Assembly: GCF_009914755.1 (NCBI RefSeq)
Contig: NC_060935.1
Strand: one strand, 5' to 3'
From: the human T2T-CHM13v2.0 reference genome, Homo sapiens
DNA: 64,000 bases
The first letter of the stretch is position 1. The number at the start of each line of letters is the position of its first letter. Below the pieces are notes generated by a model. That model made no database searches. It was not told the DNA's origin and saw only the letters and a list, made by a program, of their open reading frames with translations. This document shows, in pieces, positions 1 through 15,920 of the stretch. A program made the position numbers and the translations under genes.

Positions 1-804
1 CGGCCAGCCGCCCCGTCCAGGAGGGAGGTGGGGGGGTCAGCCCCCTGCCCGGCCAGCCGCCCCATCAGGGAGGTGAGGGGCACCTCTGCCTGGCCGCCCC
101 TACTGGGAAGTGAGGAGCCCCTCTGCCCGGCCAGCCGCCCGGTCCGCGAGGGAGGTGGGGGGGTCAGCCCCCAGCCCAGCCAGCCGCCCCGTCCGGGAGG
201 TGGGGGGCGCCTCTGCCCGGCCGCCCCTACTGGGAGGTGAGGAGCCCCTCTGCCCGGCCACCACCCCATCTGGGAGGTGTGCCCGGCAGCTCATTGAGAA
301 CGGGCCATGATGACAATGGCGGTTTTGTGGAGTAGAAAGTGGGGAGAGGTGGGGAAAAGAGTGAGAAATCAGATGGTTGCCGTGTTTGTGTAGTAGGAGG
401 TAGACATGGGAGACTTTTCATTTTGTTCTGTACTAAGAAAAATTCTTCTGCCTTGGGATCCTGTTGATCTGTGACCTTACCCCCAACCCTGTGCTCTCTG
501 AAACATGTGCTGTGTCCACTCAGGGTTAAATGGATTAAGGGCGGTGCAAGATGTGCTTTGTTAAACAGATGCTTGAAGGCAGCATGCTCGTTAAGAGTCA
601 TCACCACTCCCTAATCTCAAGTACCCAGGGACACAAACACTGCGGAAGGCCGCAGGGTCCTCCGCCTAGGAAAACCAGAGACCTTTGTTCACTTGTTTAT
701 CTGCTGACCTTCCCTCCACTATTGTCCTGTGACCCTGCCAAATCCCCCTCTGTGAGAAACACCCAAGAATGATCAATAAAAAATAAATAAATTAAAAAAA
801 AAAA
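1..804 (+). mobile_element. SVA retrotransposon, 3' part (VNTR + SINE-R + poly-A)
   Basis: GC-rich VNTR units (CCGGCCAGCCGCCCCGTCCGGGAGG; GAGGAGCCCCTCTGCCCGG) to about 290, HERV-K-derived SINE-R, AATAAA at 775-780 and an A-tail. Confidence 0.97.
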
Positions 805-1970
805 GCTACAAGAGTATGTTATAACTCAATGCAAGGAAGCTAAAAATCATAATAAAACATTGCAAGAGCTGACAGACAAAATAGACACTACAAGAATTTC
901 ATAATGTAAACACAAGTATTAATAACAAAATAAACCGAGCAGAGGAAAGAATCTTAGAGCTTGAAGACTGGCTTTCTGAAAAAAGACAGGCAGACAAGAA
1001 TAGAGAGAAAAGAATGAAAAGGAATGAACAAAACCTCCAAGAAAATAAGGGATAATGTAGAGACTGGATCTATGACTGATTGATGTACCTGAAAGATATG
1101 GTTGGTTCTATGCAGAGAACAGAACCAATCTGGAAAACATATATCATGGTATCATCCATGAGAACTTCCTCAATATAGTGAGGGAGACCAACATTCAAAT
1201 TCAGGAAATGCAGAGAACTCCAGTAAAATACTCTACAAGAAGATCATCCACAAGACACACAATCATCAGATTCTTCCAACACCAATATGAGGAGAAAAAC
1301 ATATATTAAAGGTAGTGAGAGAGAAAGGCCAAGTCATGTACAAAGGGAAGCCCATCAGACTAACAACAGACCTCTCAGATGAAATACAACAAGCCAGAAG
1401 AGACTGGAGGACAATATTCAATATTCATAAAGAAAAGAAATTTCAAACCAGAATTTTATATCCAGCCAAACTAAGCTTCATAAGTGAAGGAGAAACACGA
1501 TTCTTTTTAGACAAGCAAATGCTGAGGGAATTTGTTACCACCAGACCTGCCTAACAAGAGCTCCTGAAGAAGGCACTAAATATGGACAAGAAAGACCATT
1601 ACCAGCCACTACAAAAACACACTGAAGTACACAAACCAGTGACACTATAAAGCGACCACATAAACAAGTTGACAAAATAACCGGCTAACATGATGATGAC
1701 AGGATCAAATACACACATATCAATATTAATCTTAAATGTAAAAGTGACAAGCTGGATAAGGAACCAAGACCCACCAGTATGCGGTCTTCAAGAGATCCAT
1801 CTCACATACAATGACATACACAGGCTCAAAATAAACAGATGGAGAAAAATCTACCAAACAAATGGTAAACAGAAAAAAGCAGGGGTTGCAATCCTACTGT
1901 CTGGCAAAACAGACTTTAAACCAACAAAGATCAAAATAGACAAAGTAGGGCATTACATAATGATAAAGGG
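805..1970 (+). mobile_element. L1 fragment (ORF1 through ORF2 endonuclease start), host of the SVA
   Basis: ORFs 1315-1554 (YKGKPIRLTTDLS...YPAKLSF) and 1690-2016 (MTGSNTHISILILNV...KKAGVAIL) are L1 ORF1/ORF2 remnants. Confidence 0.9.
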
Positions 1971-2048
1971 GAAGTCAGGAGGTATATGGAAAATTTCTGC
2001 TCAACTTTTCCATTAACCTAAAACTGCTCTTTAAAAATTACCTATTTT

Positions 2049-2345
<297 letters not shown>

Positions 2346-2349
2346 CTAT

Positions 2350-3313
2350 TTTTAGAAAGTCAACTTGATCCCAAAATGTATGTGTAAATAAAAAAGGCTG
2401 CAATGATCTTGAAGAAAAACAGTGTGGATGTACTCTCTCAAATTTTAAGACTTATTAAAACTTTAAAAAGACAGTATGATATTATCACTCAAATAGACCA
2501 ATAAATAGAACAGAATAGTTTCCAGAAACAGACACATGCTTACATAGACATTTGATTTCTGACCAAGGTGGCGCTGCAGAGCAATGGGAACCAAGCATCC
2601 TTTTCAGTAATTAGAGCCATCTGAATGTGACTCATGTGAAAAGAATGAAACTTTAGTCCTACCGTACCCCATACACACTCAAAAAAGTCAGTTCTTTTAA
2701 GAAGATTTCAAATATAAATGTGAAAAGTAAAATTAAATGCTTCTAGATGATAAGTGTATATTTTCATGATTTTGTGGTGGGTAAAAATTTCCTAAACCAG
2801 ATATAAACAGGAAAACACATTAAAATTAGAAACTTTGATTCACCAAATGGCACTATTCACAAAAACTAGGTAAGCCACACAGGGAAAGTTAATTTCACAT
2901 TTATCACCAGTGAAAGACTTGTATCCACAACATATCAAGAACTTCTAAAAATCAATAAAAAGTGCAGATAGCCCAATAAAAATAGACAAAATCCTTGAGC
3001 AGCCACCTTATACAAAATGATATTCAAATGGCCAATACATTCATTAAAATATAATTAAACTGAAAAGGGAACCCTTATACGCTGTTGTTGGGAATGTAAA
3101 TTGGTACAGCCATTATGGAAGACAGTATGGGGATTCCTCAAGAAATTACAAATGAAACTACCACATAACCCAGCAATCCCTCTTTTACCAAAGGAAATGA
3201 AATCAGCAAATCATAGACATATCTGTACTCTCATTTTCATTGCAGCATTATTCACTATAGCGTATATTTGGAAACAACCTGTGTCCATCAATGATGAATG
3301 GATAAAGAAACTG

Positions 3314-3349
<36 letters not shown>

Positions 3350-4975
3350 ACACACACACATACACAATGGAATATTGTTAAGCCTTAAAAAAAAAAAAAG
3401 GAAATACTGCCATTTGCAACAACATGGATGAACCTGAGGAACACTGTGCTAAGTGAAATAAGCTATACACAAAAATAAAAAGAATGTATGATCTCACTTA
3501 TATGTGGAATCTAATAAACAACAAATACATTGAAACAGAGAGTAGGACAGTGGTAATCAGAGGCAGAGAGGGGAGGAAATGGGGAGAAGTAGATCAAAAG
3601 GTGCAAACTTGCAGTGATGTAGGATGAATAAGCCTAGAGATCTAATGTACAGCATGAGGACTATAGGCGATAACATATATTTAAAATTTGCTCAGTGAAT
3701 AGATTTTAAGTGGTCTTACCACAAAATAAGTAGTTATGTGATGTGATGGACATGATCTTTTGTGTGACAGTAGTAATCATTACACTATGTATATGTGTAT
3801 CAAAACATCATACTGTATAACTCAAATACATCACAAAATGGTACAGCTGTTTTGTAAGTTTGGCAGAAATGATAAAAATAGAAAAAAATAAAAGTGATAT
3901 GCTTAAGCTCATTAAAAATTAGGAAAATAAAAATTAAAACCACAATGAAATATTACAGCAAACTTGCCAGAATGGTTAACTTATTGGCAAGAATGTAAAA
4001 CAACTACTAGTGGAAGTTTAAATTTCTACAACCACTGGAAATCTGTTTGACCATATCTTCCAGAGTTGAACACATGTTTACCCTATGACTGAGTAATTCT
4101 ACTTCTAGATATAGGCCTATCAGAAATGCTTACCTATGTTTTATGAAAGGAAATACAAGTTTATAGCCTCCTTTTTCACAGTAGCCAAAACTGGAAATAA
4201 CCCAAATGTGCATTGGTAAAAATATGGATAGACAAATTATAGCACACTGATAGAATGGAAAATAACATAGCAATGAAAATGAACAAAACTACTACTAAAC
4301 ATAACAACATTGATGGATTTCATACAAACATAATTTTGAGTGAAAGCAACAAGGCACAAAACGGTACGTACTGCATGATTACATTTATATAAAGTTCAAA
4401 AATAGACAAAACGAATCAATGGTGTTGGAAGTCAGCTAGTGGTTTCTCTTATGGAGGAGGATGGGAATAGGGAATGAAAAGAGATATAAGTGATTTCTGG
4501 GTTGCTGAATATGTTTGGTGTCTTGATATGGGTGGTGGCTACATGAATGCTTACACTTTGTAATAATTCTCTGAGCTGCATACTTTAGAATGCATGTTAT
4601 GCATCAATGTTTATTTTTAAAACTATTTCAATGTAATTTACCACATTAAAGGATAAGAAAATATTTGATCATCTTAAAAGATGTCAAAAAATAATTCAAC
4701 AAAATCTGTAATCATTCATGGTAAAAAGCTATTAGGAATATCTAGGAATGTCCTTTTGATGACAAAAATATTTATTAAAAATTTACAGCAAATATCATAC
4801 TTGATAATGCAACTTTAGAAGCATTCCTATTAAAACAAGGCACAAGACAAGAATAAACACTTTCATTGTTACTACTCAGTATAGAAATTTGACATCCTGG
4901 TTAATGAAATAAGACCAAAAAAAGTCAGAAATATAAATATTGGAAAGGAAGAGCCAAAACTCACTATTTTAAGAT
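2350..4975 (+). mobile_element. Old L1 (L1M-type) fragments, including a 3' end at about 3060-3835 with a (CA)n tract at about 3316-3365
   Basis: ORF 3101-3388 (VQPLWKTVW...PAIPLL) is L1 ORF2 C-terminus; degenerate L1 3' UTR motifs. Confidence 0.75.
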
Positions 4976-5435
4976 GGTAGGCATGGCTTCTCCTGGGGCC
5001 TTGGAAAAGACCTGTGCATTTGAGAAGCTCAGACACAAGTGCCTTTAGCTTCATTTTAATCTGCCCCTGCAGAGAACATTGGGTTTATTCATGATGTCAG
5101 TATATATTGCATTCTCTTCACATTTACTGTTGCTAGTTTTTCTCTCCCATTAGAATGTAGCACTTTCTTTTTTGCCTCAACACAGTGCCCATAAGAATTT
5201 TATATTTAATGAGGAAATGAAATATCTGCATGCAGTATCAGAAAACCATGTGTATTATTGGAATCCTGACACATTTGGAGGTTGGGAACCCTTAGAGTAA
5301 ACGCTGATTCAGAAAAAAATCAGAAGTTATAACAAATCCTCAGCTTTAACATGTTTATCAGTAATGCAAACTAATAACTTCATGTCAGCTTGTTTGTTCC
5401 ACATATAACTAGTTGACATTTTGTATCTATTCCAG

Positions 5436-5555
5436 TTGATGTATGCCATATGGATGAATTTAAACAGTTTCGGCCTTGCAATAATTGGTATACTTCTAAT
5501 TGCATGTGAAATTATACTCTTTTTAACGAAAGATGAAACTATTCAGTGGCCACAT
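5436..5555 (+). pseudogene. MS4A-family TM3 exon of an upstream MS4A (pseudo)gene, possibly MS4A19P
   Basis: ttgtatctattccag|...|gtaagt, 120 nt, phase 0/0, open: LMYAIWMNLNSFGLAIIGILLIACEIILFLTKDETIQWPH. Has the MS4A TM3 pattern MN....GI.L...E and is collinear with exon 52285-52404. Confidence 0.85.
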
Positions 5556-8500
5556 GTAAGTACAAGGTTTTACAATGTTTTTTTCACAGAAACTTACACT
5601 TTAAATTTGTTTGTAAATGAGCAGAGCCTATTTTGGTGTTGGACAAATGCAGAGGTGATCAAAATTAACAATTCACATTTGGCATGACCACAAGTAAGGA
5701 TCCAAACCACTGAACAGACCTTTAAAACTGGGACCAAAACAAACCTCAAGAAATCAAATGGTGTTACATAAAATAAAATAACTAAAATGTAGATTATTGA
5801 GATTCAGATGAAGGATGATGGTAAAGATACAAAAACCTTAAATAAATATAGATATCTCTTCAAAATAAGGATATATTGGAAGTTGGCAGGCTCACTGACA
5901 CAATGTACTAGATACATTCTAGTTATCTGTGTCTCCCCAATCCTTATTCGCAGGGCCCAGAACTTAATAGATATCTAATAAGTGTTTATTGAGTGAATGT
6001 AAATACTTTTTATTTTACTATCCTCTCTGAAAGTATTCCCAGCAAAATACTCCTGAAAATCAGTAATCAGAAATTCTCTGTATGCAATAGGCAGGTTAAG
6101 TCCCAAGTCCCCTGAATATGCTGTAAATTCACCTTTTTTTCACATGGCACTAACCATTTGATTTTAAGGTAAATATTATGGATATGAAAATTGAAATGGA
6201 AAAAAAAGATGAACATATGGTCATTGGCTAAATGTGCATGGGATTCCTAGTTGCTTAAAGTTAGAAACCTATATATACCGGAACGGGGGAGACGATACAC
6301 TAACACTTCAGGATGTCAAAGACCTGATGGAATTAGGACAAAGAAAGGAAGTCCCACTTTTTTCAAATTTTAAAAATGACAGGATAGTTAGGACAGATAT
6401 CTGCAGTTCAGAATTTTTACACTCATAAGCATTATTGGCATTTTGGTCATTTTAGGACTACCCTTAATATTTTATGCCACCAGGTGTATTGCATGCCTTA
6501 TGCAGAAGGAAAGTCTTAAGAATTCTGAGACCTATCAAGCGTACATATCTCTATTTCAAATCCTGCTTATGCTTTATTGATGTGACAGCTCAGTACATAT
6601 CTGGAAGTTTTGTTTTTATAGGCTATAGGAGTAAATAAGAACACTTTAAATACTTGATTGAGTAACTAGCTGGTAGGTCTTGGAGGATATCACTCATATG
6701 CACAAACACAAAAGATATAGAGCAAAGGCCTAAGACATCACAGTATGTTCAAAGGTCAGCCTGCCCTACTCCCTGGAAGTTTATTTTGTCACACATCATG
6801 GGCAGAACCCTATCAAGCAAATTTAATGACAAGGAGGTTGAAGTATGATGGCTTTCCATACCTAAAGCTATTATAGAGGTCAAATAAGAACTAAAGCCCT
6901 ATAGGGGAAAATAGAGTATGAAAAAAACCTCTATATGAGTTTTTTTTATTTCAGTTCCTAAGTTTTTCTTCAACACCAATACTGAAATATGCCATACTAG
7001 AACTCATACTCTACAATCTCAGTTGCTAGCATTGTTTGTACCTAACAGATTCATTCCCAAATGCAAGAAGTCCGAGGATTAGTAAATATGCTATTCTGGC
7101 TGAGGGGTCAGACACAGCAAGCTCTGAGGCCTTTCCTTACGGCAGACCAATTTGGAAATTACAGGATATCAGTTCCTTTCCTCCCAGGAGGCTCTTGGCA
7201 TCTGTGAAAACTTGCCTATATTATTGCCAACAAGAATCTTTGTTTACCAAAAGCTACCAGGATGAGCAGGCTTTCTCAGGCATTCCACAACTATTCTTCT
7301 GAAGAAACCACTCAAGTGTTCAGGAAAGAATCAGAAAATATCTGCCCAAGTAACTTTCTAAATCTTTCAAGACAGTGAAATGGCTAGCAGCTTCTCTTGC
7401 TAACAACAGGTTCAATTTCTCTTCTTTCTCCACAAGCACACAGCTACATTTATTTTATAATAAATGTATTTGTATAATTATTGACCAAAGATAAATATAT
7501 AATTAATTATAAATTACTTACTTTTTAATATTCTATTTCATTTCACATAGGATTTGAAAGAGCTTAACGAATACCTGTAGTAATATAATTAAAATATATC
7601 TAAAATGAGTAAATACTTTAAAAATGTTTATTAGCATAAATTGTTATAAGTATATAGTATAGTGATATATGTGAGGAGACTTCAAAAAGTTTGTGGAAAA
7701 TGGAGTTAAAAGATGAAAAATATGAACTTTATTTCTCAACATAAGATCCACCAAGGTCAAGACACTTCTGTAAGCAATACCAGCCATTTAGTCCATCTCT
7801 AAAGGACTGAGGGTCCTGGTATTTTAACCATGTCGGTAAAGCATTTTCTTACATTATTAACTGAAGAGAAATGGGTGTCCTTTAAAGATTTTTTAAGATT
7901 AGAAAACAAAATAAATCCAAGGGAGCCAAATCAGGACTGCGAGGTGGATGCCTAATGATTCCCCATCCAAGTTCTCACAAAATTGCCCTTGTTTGCCGAG
8001 AGGAACGAGCAGAAGCATTGTTGTGGTGGAGAAGGGCTCTCTGGTGAAACCTTCCCAAGCATTTTTCTGCTAAAACTTTAGCTAACTTTCTCAAAACACT
8101 CTTATAATAAGCAGGTGTTACTGTTCCTTGGCCCTCCAGAAAGTCAACAAGCAAAATGCCTTGAGCATACCAAAGAACTGTTACCATAATATTTGGTTTT
8201 GACTGATTCAAACTTGCTATGACTGGACCACTTCCACCTCTTGGTAGCCATTACTTTGACTGTGCATTGTCTTCAGGATCATACTGGAAAAGCCATGTTT
8301 CACCCCCTATTAAAATTATTCCAAGAAATGCTTCAGGATCTTGATTCCTCTTGTTTAAAATTTTTATTGAAAGTTCTTCTTTTGTATGCAGCTGATCTAG
8401 GCACAACAGTTTGGGGACCTATCAAGCGGAAAGTTTGCTCAACTTTAATTTTTCAGCCAGAATTGTGTAAGCAGAACCAATTGAGATATCTATGGTGCTG

Positions 8501-11500
8501 GCTATTGTTCCAACTGTTAATCATGGGTCCTCTTCAATTAGGGCATGAACAAGATGAACTTTTTTTTCTTGTTAATTGATGTGGATGGTCTGCATGTTTC
8601 ATCTTCAACATCGTCTCATCACTTCTTAAAACAAGTTATCTATTTTTTGTTTGTTTTTCAAAATGATAGATTGGAGTCTTTGTTAGCACATTGCACCCAC
8701 TTGATAAGAGCAATATAGTGTGTAGATTCATGCTATGAACTTTTATCCAAGAAGGAGCACAGGAACTCAACAGAAACACTGAAACAAACTTTGAATACCT
8801 TGAAAGGAGTGGCAGACAGCAACTTGCACTATGAGTCCGTTGGAAAACTATGAGTCTTGAGAACATGAAAGGGAGACAGACTGTCTCCATGATACAAATT
8901 CCCACTTGGGAGCTGTGCAATCCAGGCCATGAGGGAGTGACTTGACCCTACCAGGAGCTGGAGCTAATTTGGTGAGTAGTGGGGAGTATATGAAAAGGAA
9001 TGGCATCAGGATGTGCTTTGCATGAACTCCCAGATGTCAGTGGGGACAGAAAGAAGGCATTCCTGATCCTAACTCACAGGGAATCTTTCAGAAACTTGCC
9101 AGCTAACTCAGGCAGTGGTCATAGGTTGAGAGAAGCTCCAAACTGAGATGTGTGATCTCATCTCAAGTAAGAATGAGATGTAATCTCAATAATCTCAAGG
9201 CCAGAACCAAGAGGCAAGAAGAAAGCATGCTCTTGCTACAGGTCCAAAATTAGGCGCCCCTGTTTTGCAGGTCATATTGGGAAGGATGTGGCTTTCAGGC
9301 CACATCCTTCTGTTTCTGTCTTGGTTGGGAAGTTTTGCATTCTGAGCATGAACTGTCTGGAACTCAGCTGGCTGTTTCAGCTTTCTGCCAGCAGAAGTTT
9401 GTGTATGTGAGACCTACTGTGCCAAAGGCATGGGAGTTGGGTGGGTCTTACTGCCACCTGCTACCCCTTTTCCCCATACAGACACTTTTGTGCAGCAAAA
9501 GTGGTTGTACCCCTCCCCGCATCATTGTCCCAGTGGCCAGGGAGCTGCCCTCTGACCCCCATCAGGGCCACCATTTGTACCCACACTTGAGGAGCTAGAG
9601 CACTGACTTGCCTGATCCAACCCTCACCTGGCTTTGCCCTTCCACTCGCTTTGGTAGCAGAACATGGACAGGAATTTTTGAGAGTTCCATGGGCTCACCC
9701 ATTGCCTAGGATATCTGAGTATTTACCCTGGGTAATATAGACCAAGCATAAATTCCACAGCTGCCACTGCAGCTGGCTCTCTACTGCACGCACCACATCC
9801 TGGCCAGAGGTCAACTGGCCTAGCCCATTACAATATCTGATGGCACAATAACAGCATTCAAGAAGAAAAAGGCTTTTGCATGATCTCAGCTAACACTATT
9901 GACTGCACCACCAAAGCTACTCAGGAGGCCTTGAGCCCATTCACATGCCCAACACATTACTACTACATCTAACAATGGAGAAAGCCACAATGCCAAGGCT
10001 ATTTACAACCAAGGAAATCTTACAGAGTGTAAGCCACTCCCGTGCCACCATCATTAGAGCTGGTACTTGAACCTGCCACTGGGAAACCATAGGATGGGTC
10101 AGCCTGGTCCAGCTCCACTCAACATCACCTCTGGAGCATAAGAGTGGAGTCCAGGCTACTGCACATCTCACAGACCACTCCATAGCCTGAAGCATCCGAG
10201 AGCTTCTCCAGATGGCTGACTAGAGATTATCAGTGACAAATTCTGGGAAGGAAAAACCAAAATTACACTTGGATGATCACAGCGCAAATGGAGTATTAAG
10301 GGGAGAGTGCTGGAGCTTTTTGGAGAGTTCACTGGAAAAATCTATGATACACAAAAAAAGAAAGAAACAAGAAGCTGGTAGAGCTTAAACCCCAAGAGAC
10401 AGAGCATTCTGTGGAAAGTGAATGGAATGCTTTCAGCCTCTGTAGGCCTTGTGGCAGCCTGCTGGTATCCAAACTCAAGGAGAGCTTATTTGGACTTGTA
10501 AGCCCAAGTATTGGATTGGCCTGTGATTTGGGGGCTTCTTAAGGGCATTACACTGGGCTACCAGCTTGTGCATGTTCCTTCCTTTCCCCCTAGACCTGAG
10601 CTATAGAAGCAAGTGCCATACTGGATGTGCAATCATTATGGGACATTGTTCTGCTATGGGACTTTCAACCCTTGTGTCTTCACATCCCCAGATCACTTGC
10701 TGACATTTCCCAGCATCAGCCTGGATTGCGGCAGACCCGCGAGGTGATGGCTAGAGCCAGAGGAGCATCAGGATTCACAGTAGTCTTGCTCTCCAAGACT
10801 GCCACTCCTGGGGGAAGGAGGAGTGTACCACATCAAGGGAGCACTCTGGGGAACAAAAGAAACTAGAATGTGGGCTTTTCTGTGTCCCAGATCTTCCCAC
10901 TGTGGGCAGGAAGCACCTGCACCTCCTTCAACAAAGGCACGGGTGCAGTCTTGGGCTTAGTAGGGGAAGACTGGTTCTGCCCTAGCAGTTGAATAGCCCT
11001 GGTGCTTATAAAGGGACTTTTCATACCTCTCACCATTTTGCATAAAGGGACTTTTTATCTCTCTCACCCACCACTGAAGACACCACCAGAGCTTCTCCCA
11101 TGGGAGCTTGGCAAGGGTGCACCTGTAGAAGGCTTTTATGGAACATTCTGAGGTGACAGCATCACCATAGGAGGTGTGCCCTCTGGGTTCAGGATTGCAT
11201 GAGGAGTGGAGTCCCACTCCCTCTATACAAGAAACATCAGCATTTCTGCAGATGGACGAGGTCCCTGTCTGATCTGAATATCCAGAGTACTAGGACAAGG
11301 GTGTGACAGGGAGTTTGATCACTTTCCTCCTGGCCTGGTACTGGAAATAAAGTGGCTGTTTCCGTCCCCCCACTGCAAAGGCGTCAGTGAATTTCACCAG
11401 GAGCTCCCCCAGCTGCCTCATCAGGGATAGGGCTTTTGCTCACCAATGGGGTATTGAATATACCCACCTGCTTCAGCCACAGCCAATTCTTACCCACAGG

Positions 11501-12332
11501 TGCCTCCTGCTGGCCTGAAGGCTAAACTGCTCAACCCAGTTTAAAAAAAAAAAAATGGAATGCACACCACTGGGGAACAAGATAAGTTTCCTGAGAACTC
11601 TGCCATTCTGACCCCAAAGGAGACAATAAGCCTGCTCATACACCCAGTACATCACTACTATGAGCAACATCTGAGAAAGCTATAATATAAAGATTCTCTA
11701 TAACCAAGGAACTCATACAGTGTCTTTGCCACTGAAAGCACCACCCAGAGCTGAAGTTAGGTCATCATAAACTGTACATTATTGTCACATCCTCAAGGTA
11801 TAAAAAGAAAACTTAGTCCAATCAAAAAATAAATTCAAAAATAATGAAAAGAAATAGTCTATCCAGATGAGAAGAAGCCAGAAAAATAATTCTGGCAATA
11901 TAGAAAAGCAGAACCTTGCAACACCCTGAAAGGATCATATTAACTCTTCAGCAGTGGATCCAAACCAAAATGAAATATTTGAAATACCAGATAAAGAATT
12001 CAAAATATTGATTGTAAATGAGATCCAAGAAAAATTTTAAATCTAACAAAAAGAAATCAAAAATAAATTCAGGATAAGAATGAAAAATTTTCCAAAGAGA
12101 TAAATACTTTTTTAAATAAAACAGAACATCTACAAATGAAAGACTAATTTAGGGAATTACAAAATGCAGTGGAAAGTATTAACAATAAACTGTACCAAGC
12201 AGAAAAAAATCATTTCAGAGCTTGAAGACATGGCTTTTGAATTAATTCAATCATACAAAAATAAATAAACAAAGTTTCCAAAAAATATGGGATTATGCAA
12301 AAGGTCCAAACCTAAGAATCATAGATATTCCT

Positions 12333-12703
<371 letters not shown>

Positions 12704-13942
12704 CTATTTTTGAGAGAATAATTAAGGAAAACTTCCCTAGTCTTGCCAGAGACTTAGACATCCAGATTCAAAATCTCAAGAACTTCTGGAAGATGCATTG
12801 CAGAAAGGACATTAGGAAGGCATATAGTCATCAAGCTACCTAAAGGCAACATGAAGAAAGAATTCTAAGAATAGTGAGACAAAAGCATCAAATAACTTAA
12901 AAAGAAAAATCTATCAGACTAACAGCAGATTTTTCAGTAGAAACCTGACAATCCAGAAGGAATTGGGGTCCTAGCTTTAGTCTTCTTAAACAAAATAACT
13001 GTCAGCCAAGAACTTTGTATCTTGCAAAACTGATTCATAAATGAAGTCCTTCCCAGATAAGCAAACACTAAGGGAATTTGCCACCATTAGATCAGTCTTG
13101 CAAAAAATACTCAAAAGAGTTCTAAACATCAAAACGAAATATCCATATGCACCAGTATAAAAACACTTAAAAGTATAAAACTCACAGGGATTAAAAAACA
13201 GTAGCACAATGGAAAATAAAAGCAACTAGGTAACAATCAACATGATGACTGGAACAGTACCTTACATATCAATATCAACTTTGAATGTAAATGATATAAA
13301 TGCCCCACTTGAAAGATATCAATGGTGGAATGGATTTTGAAAACACAATCCAAATATCTACTGCCTTCAAGAGACTAGTAAAGAGTCTTATAGACCCAAC
13401 GATATAAAAATACCAAATATATATGCACGTAATATCAGAGTTACCAGATTCATAAAACTACTAGATCTAAGAAAAGAGAAGACACCAATATAATAATAGT
13501 GGAGGACTTCAACAGTCCACTGGCAGCACTAAGCAGATCATCAAGGCAGAAAGTCAACAAAGAAACACTGGACCTAACAGACATTTACAGAACATTCTAG
13601 CAAAAAAATTGCATAATATACATTCTTCTCATCAGCACATGGAATATTTTCCAAGATACATCACATGATAGGCCACAAAAAAGCTTCAATAATTTTTAAA
13701 AGGTTGAAATTATATTACATATCTTCTCAGACCACAGCAAAATAAAACTAGAAATCAATTCCAAGATGACTCTCAAAATCATACAAATACATGGAAATTA
13801 AACAACCTGCACCTGAATGAGCTTTGGATCAATGATGAAATAAAAATGGAAATTTAAAAATTTTTTGAAATTATTGATAACAATGGCACAAGTTATCAAA
13901 ATCTCTAGGATATCACAAAAGTAGTGCTAACAGGGAAGTTTG

Positions 13943-14290
<348 letters not shown>

Positions 14291-14527
14291 TCAAAAAGAC
14301 AGAAAGATCACAAATTGAGAGCCTAGAAACATGCCTGAAGGAACTAGAAAAATAAGAGCAAACCAAAACCAAAGCTAGAATAAAAGAAATCACTAAGATC
14401 AGAGTAGAATAATGAAATTGAAACTAAAAAAAAAAAAAAATACAAAGGATCAATGAAATGAAAAGCTGATTCTTTGAAAAGATAAACAAAATTGACAGAC
14501 AAATATCTAGATTAACCAAGAAAAGAA

Positions 14528-14873
<346 letters not shown>

Positions 14874-15593
14874 TCAGAAATGAAAATAGAGACATTACAA
14901 GTGATTAGACGGAAATACAGAAGATCATCCAAGACTTCTACGAATATTTCTATGCACACAAACTAGAAAATCTAGAGGAAATTGACAATTTCTGGGAAAC
15001 ATGCAATCCCCAAGCTTGAATCAAGAAGAAATAGAAATCCTGAACAAACCAATAATAAGTACTGAGATTGAATCGGTAATTTTAAAAAATCTCCCAACAA
15101 GAACAAAAAAAGAGCCCAGGGCAAGACAGATTCACAGCCAAATTCTACCAGACCTTCAAATAACTGACATACTTAAAATATCCCAAAAAACTAAGAAAAA
15201 GGGAATTCTCTCTTACTCATTCTACAAAGCCGGTAGCACCCTGATACCAAAGCCAGGAAAGGACACAACAAAAAAAGGAAAACTACAGACCTAAATCCCT
15301 GATAAAATTAAATGTGAAAATCCTCAACAAAATACTAGCAAACTGAATCCAACAGCACACCAAAAAATTAATTCACCAAGATCAGGTGGATTTCATCCCA
15401 GGGACACAATGATAGTTTAACATATGCAAGTCAATAAATGTAATTCACCACATAAAAAGAACTTAAAACAAAAACTATATGATAGACTCAAAGGGCACAG
15501 AAAAAGCATTTGATAAAATTCAGCATCTCTTCATGATAAAAAACCCTCAACAAACTAGGCATAGAAGAAACATACCTCAAAATAATAAAAGAG

Positions 15594-15920
<327 letters not shown>

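Noticed and set aside
5421-5687. 88-aa ORF as a standalone small membrane protein
   Set aside because: It is the 5436-5555 exon read through its flanking introns; the start is a TTG within the acceptor region
7551-7580. tttcacatag|GATTTGAAAGAGCTTAACGAATACCTGTAG as terminal exon of the upstream MS4A gene
   Set aside because: Only an acceptor-like site in AT-rich DNA; no homology support
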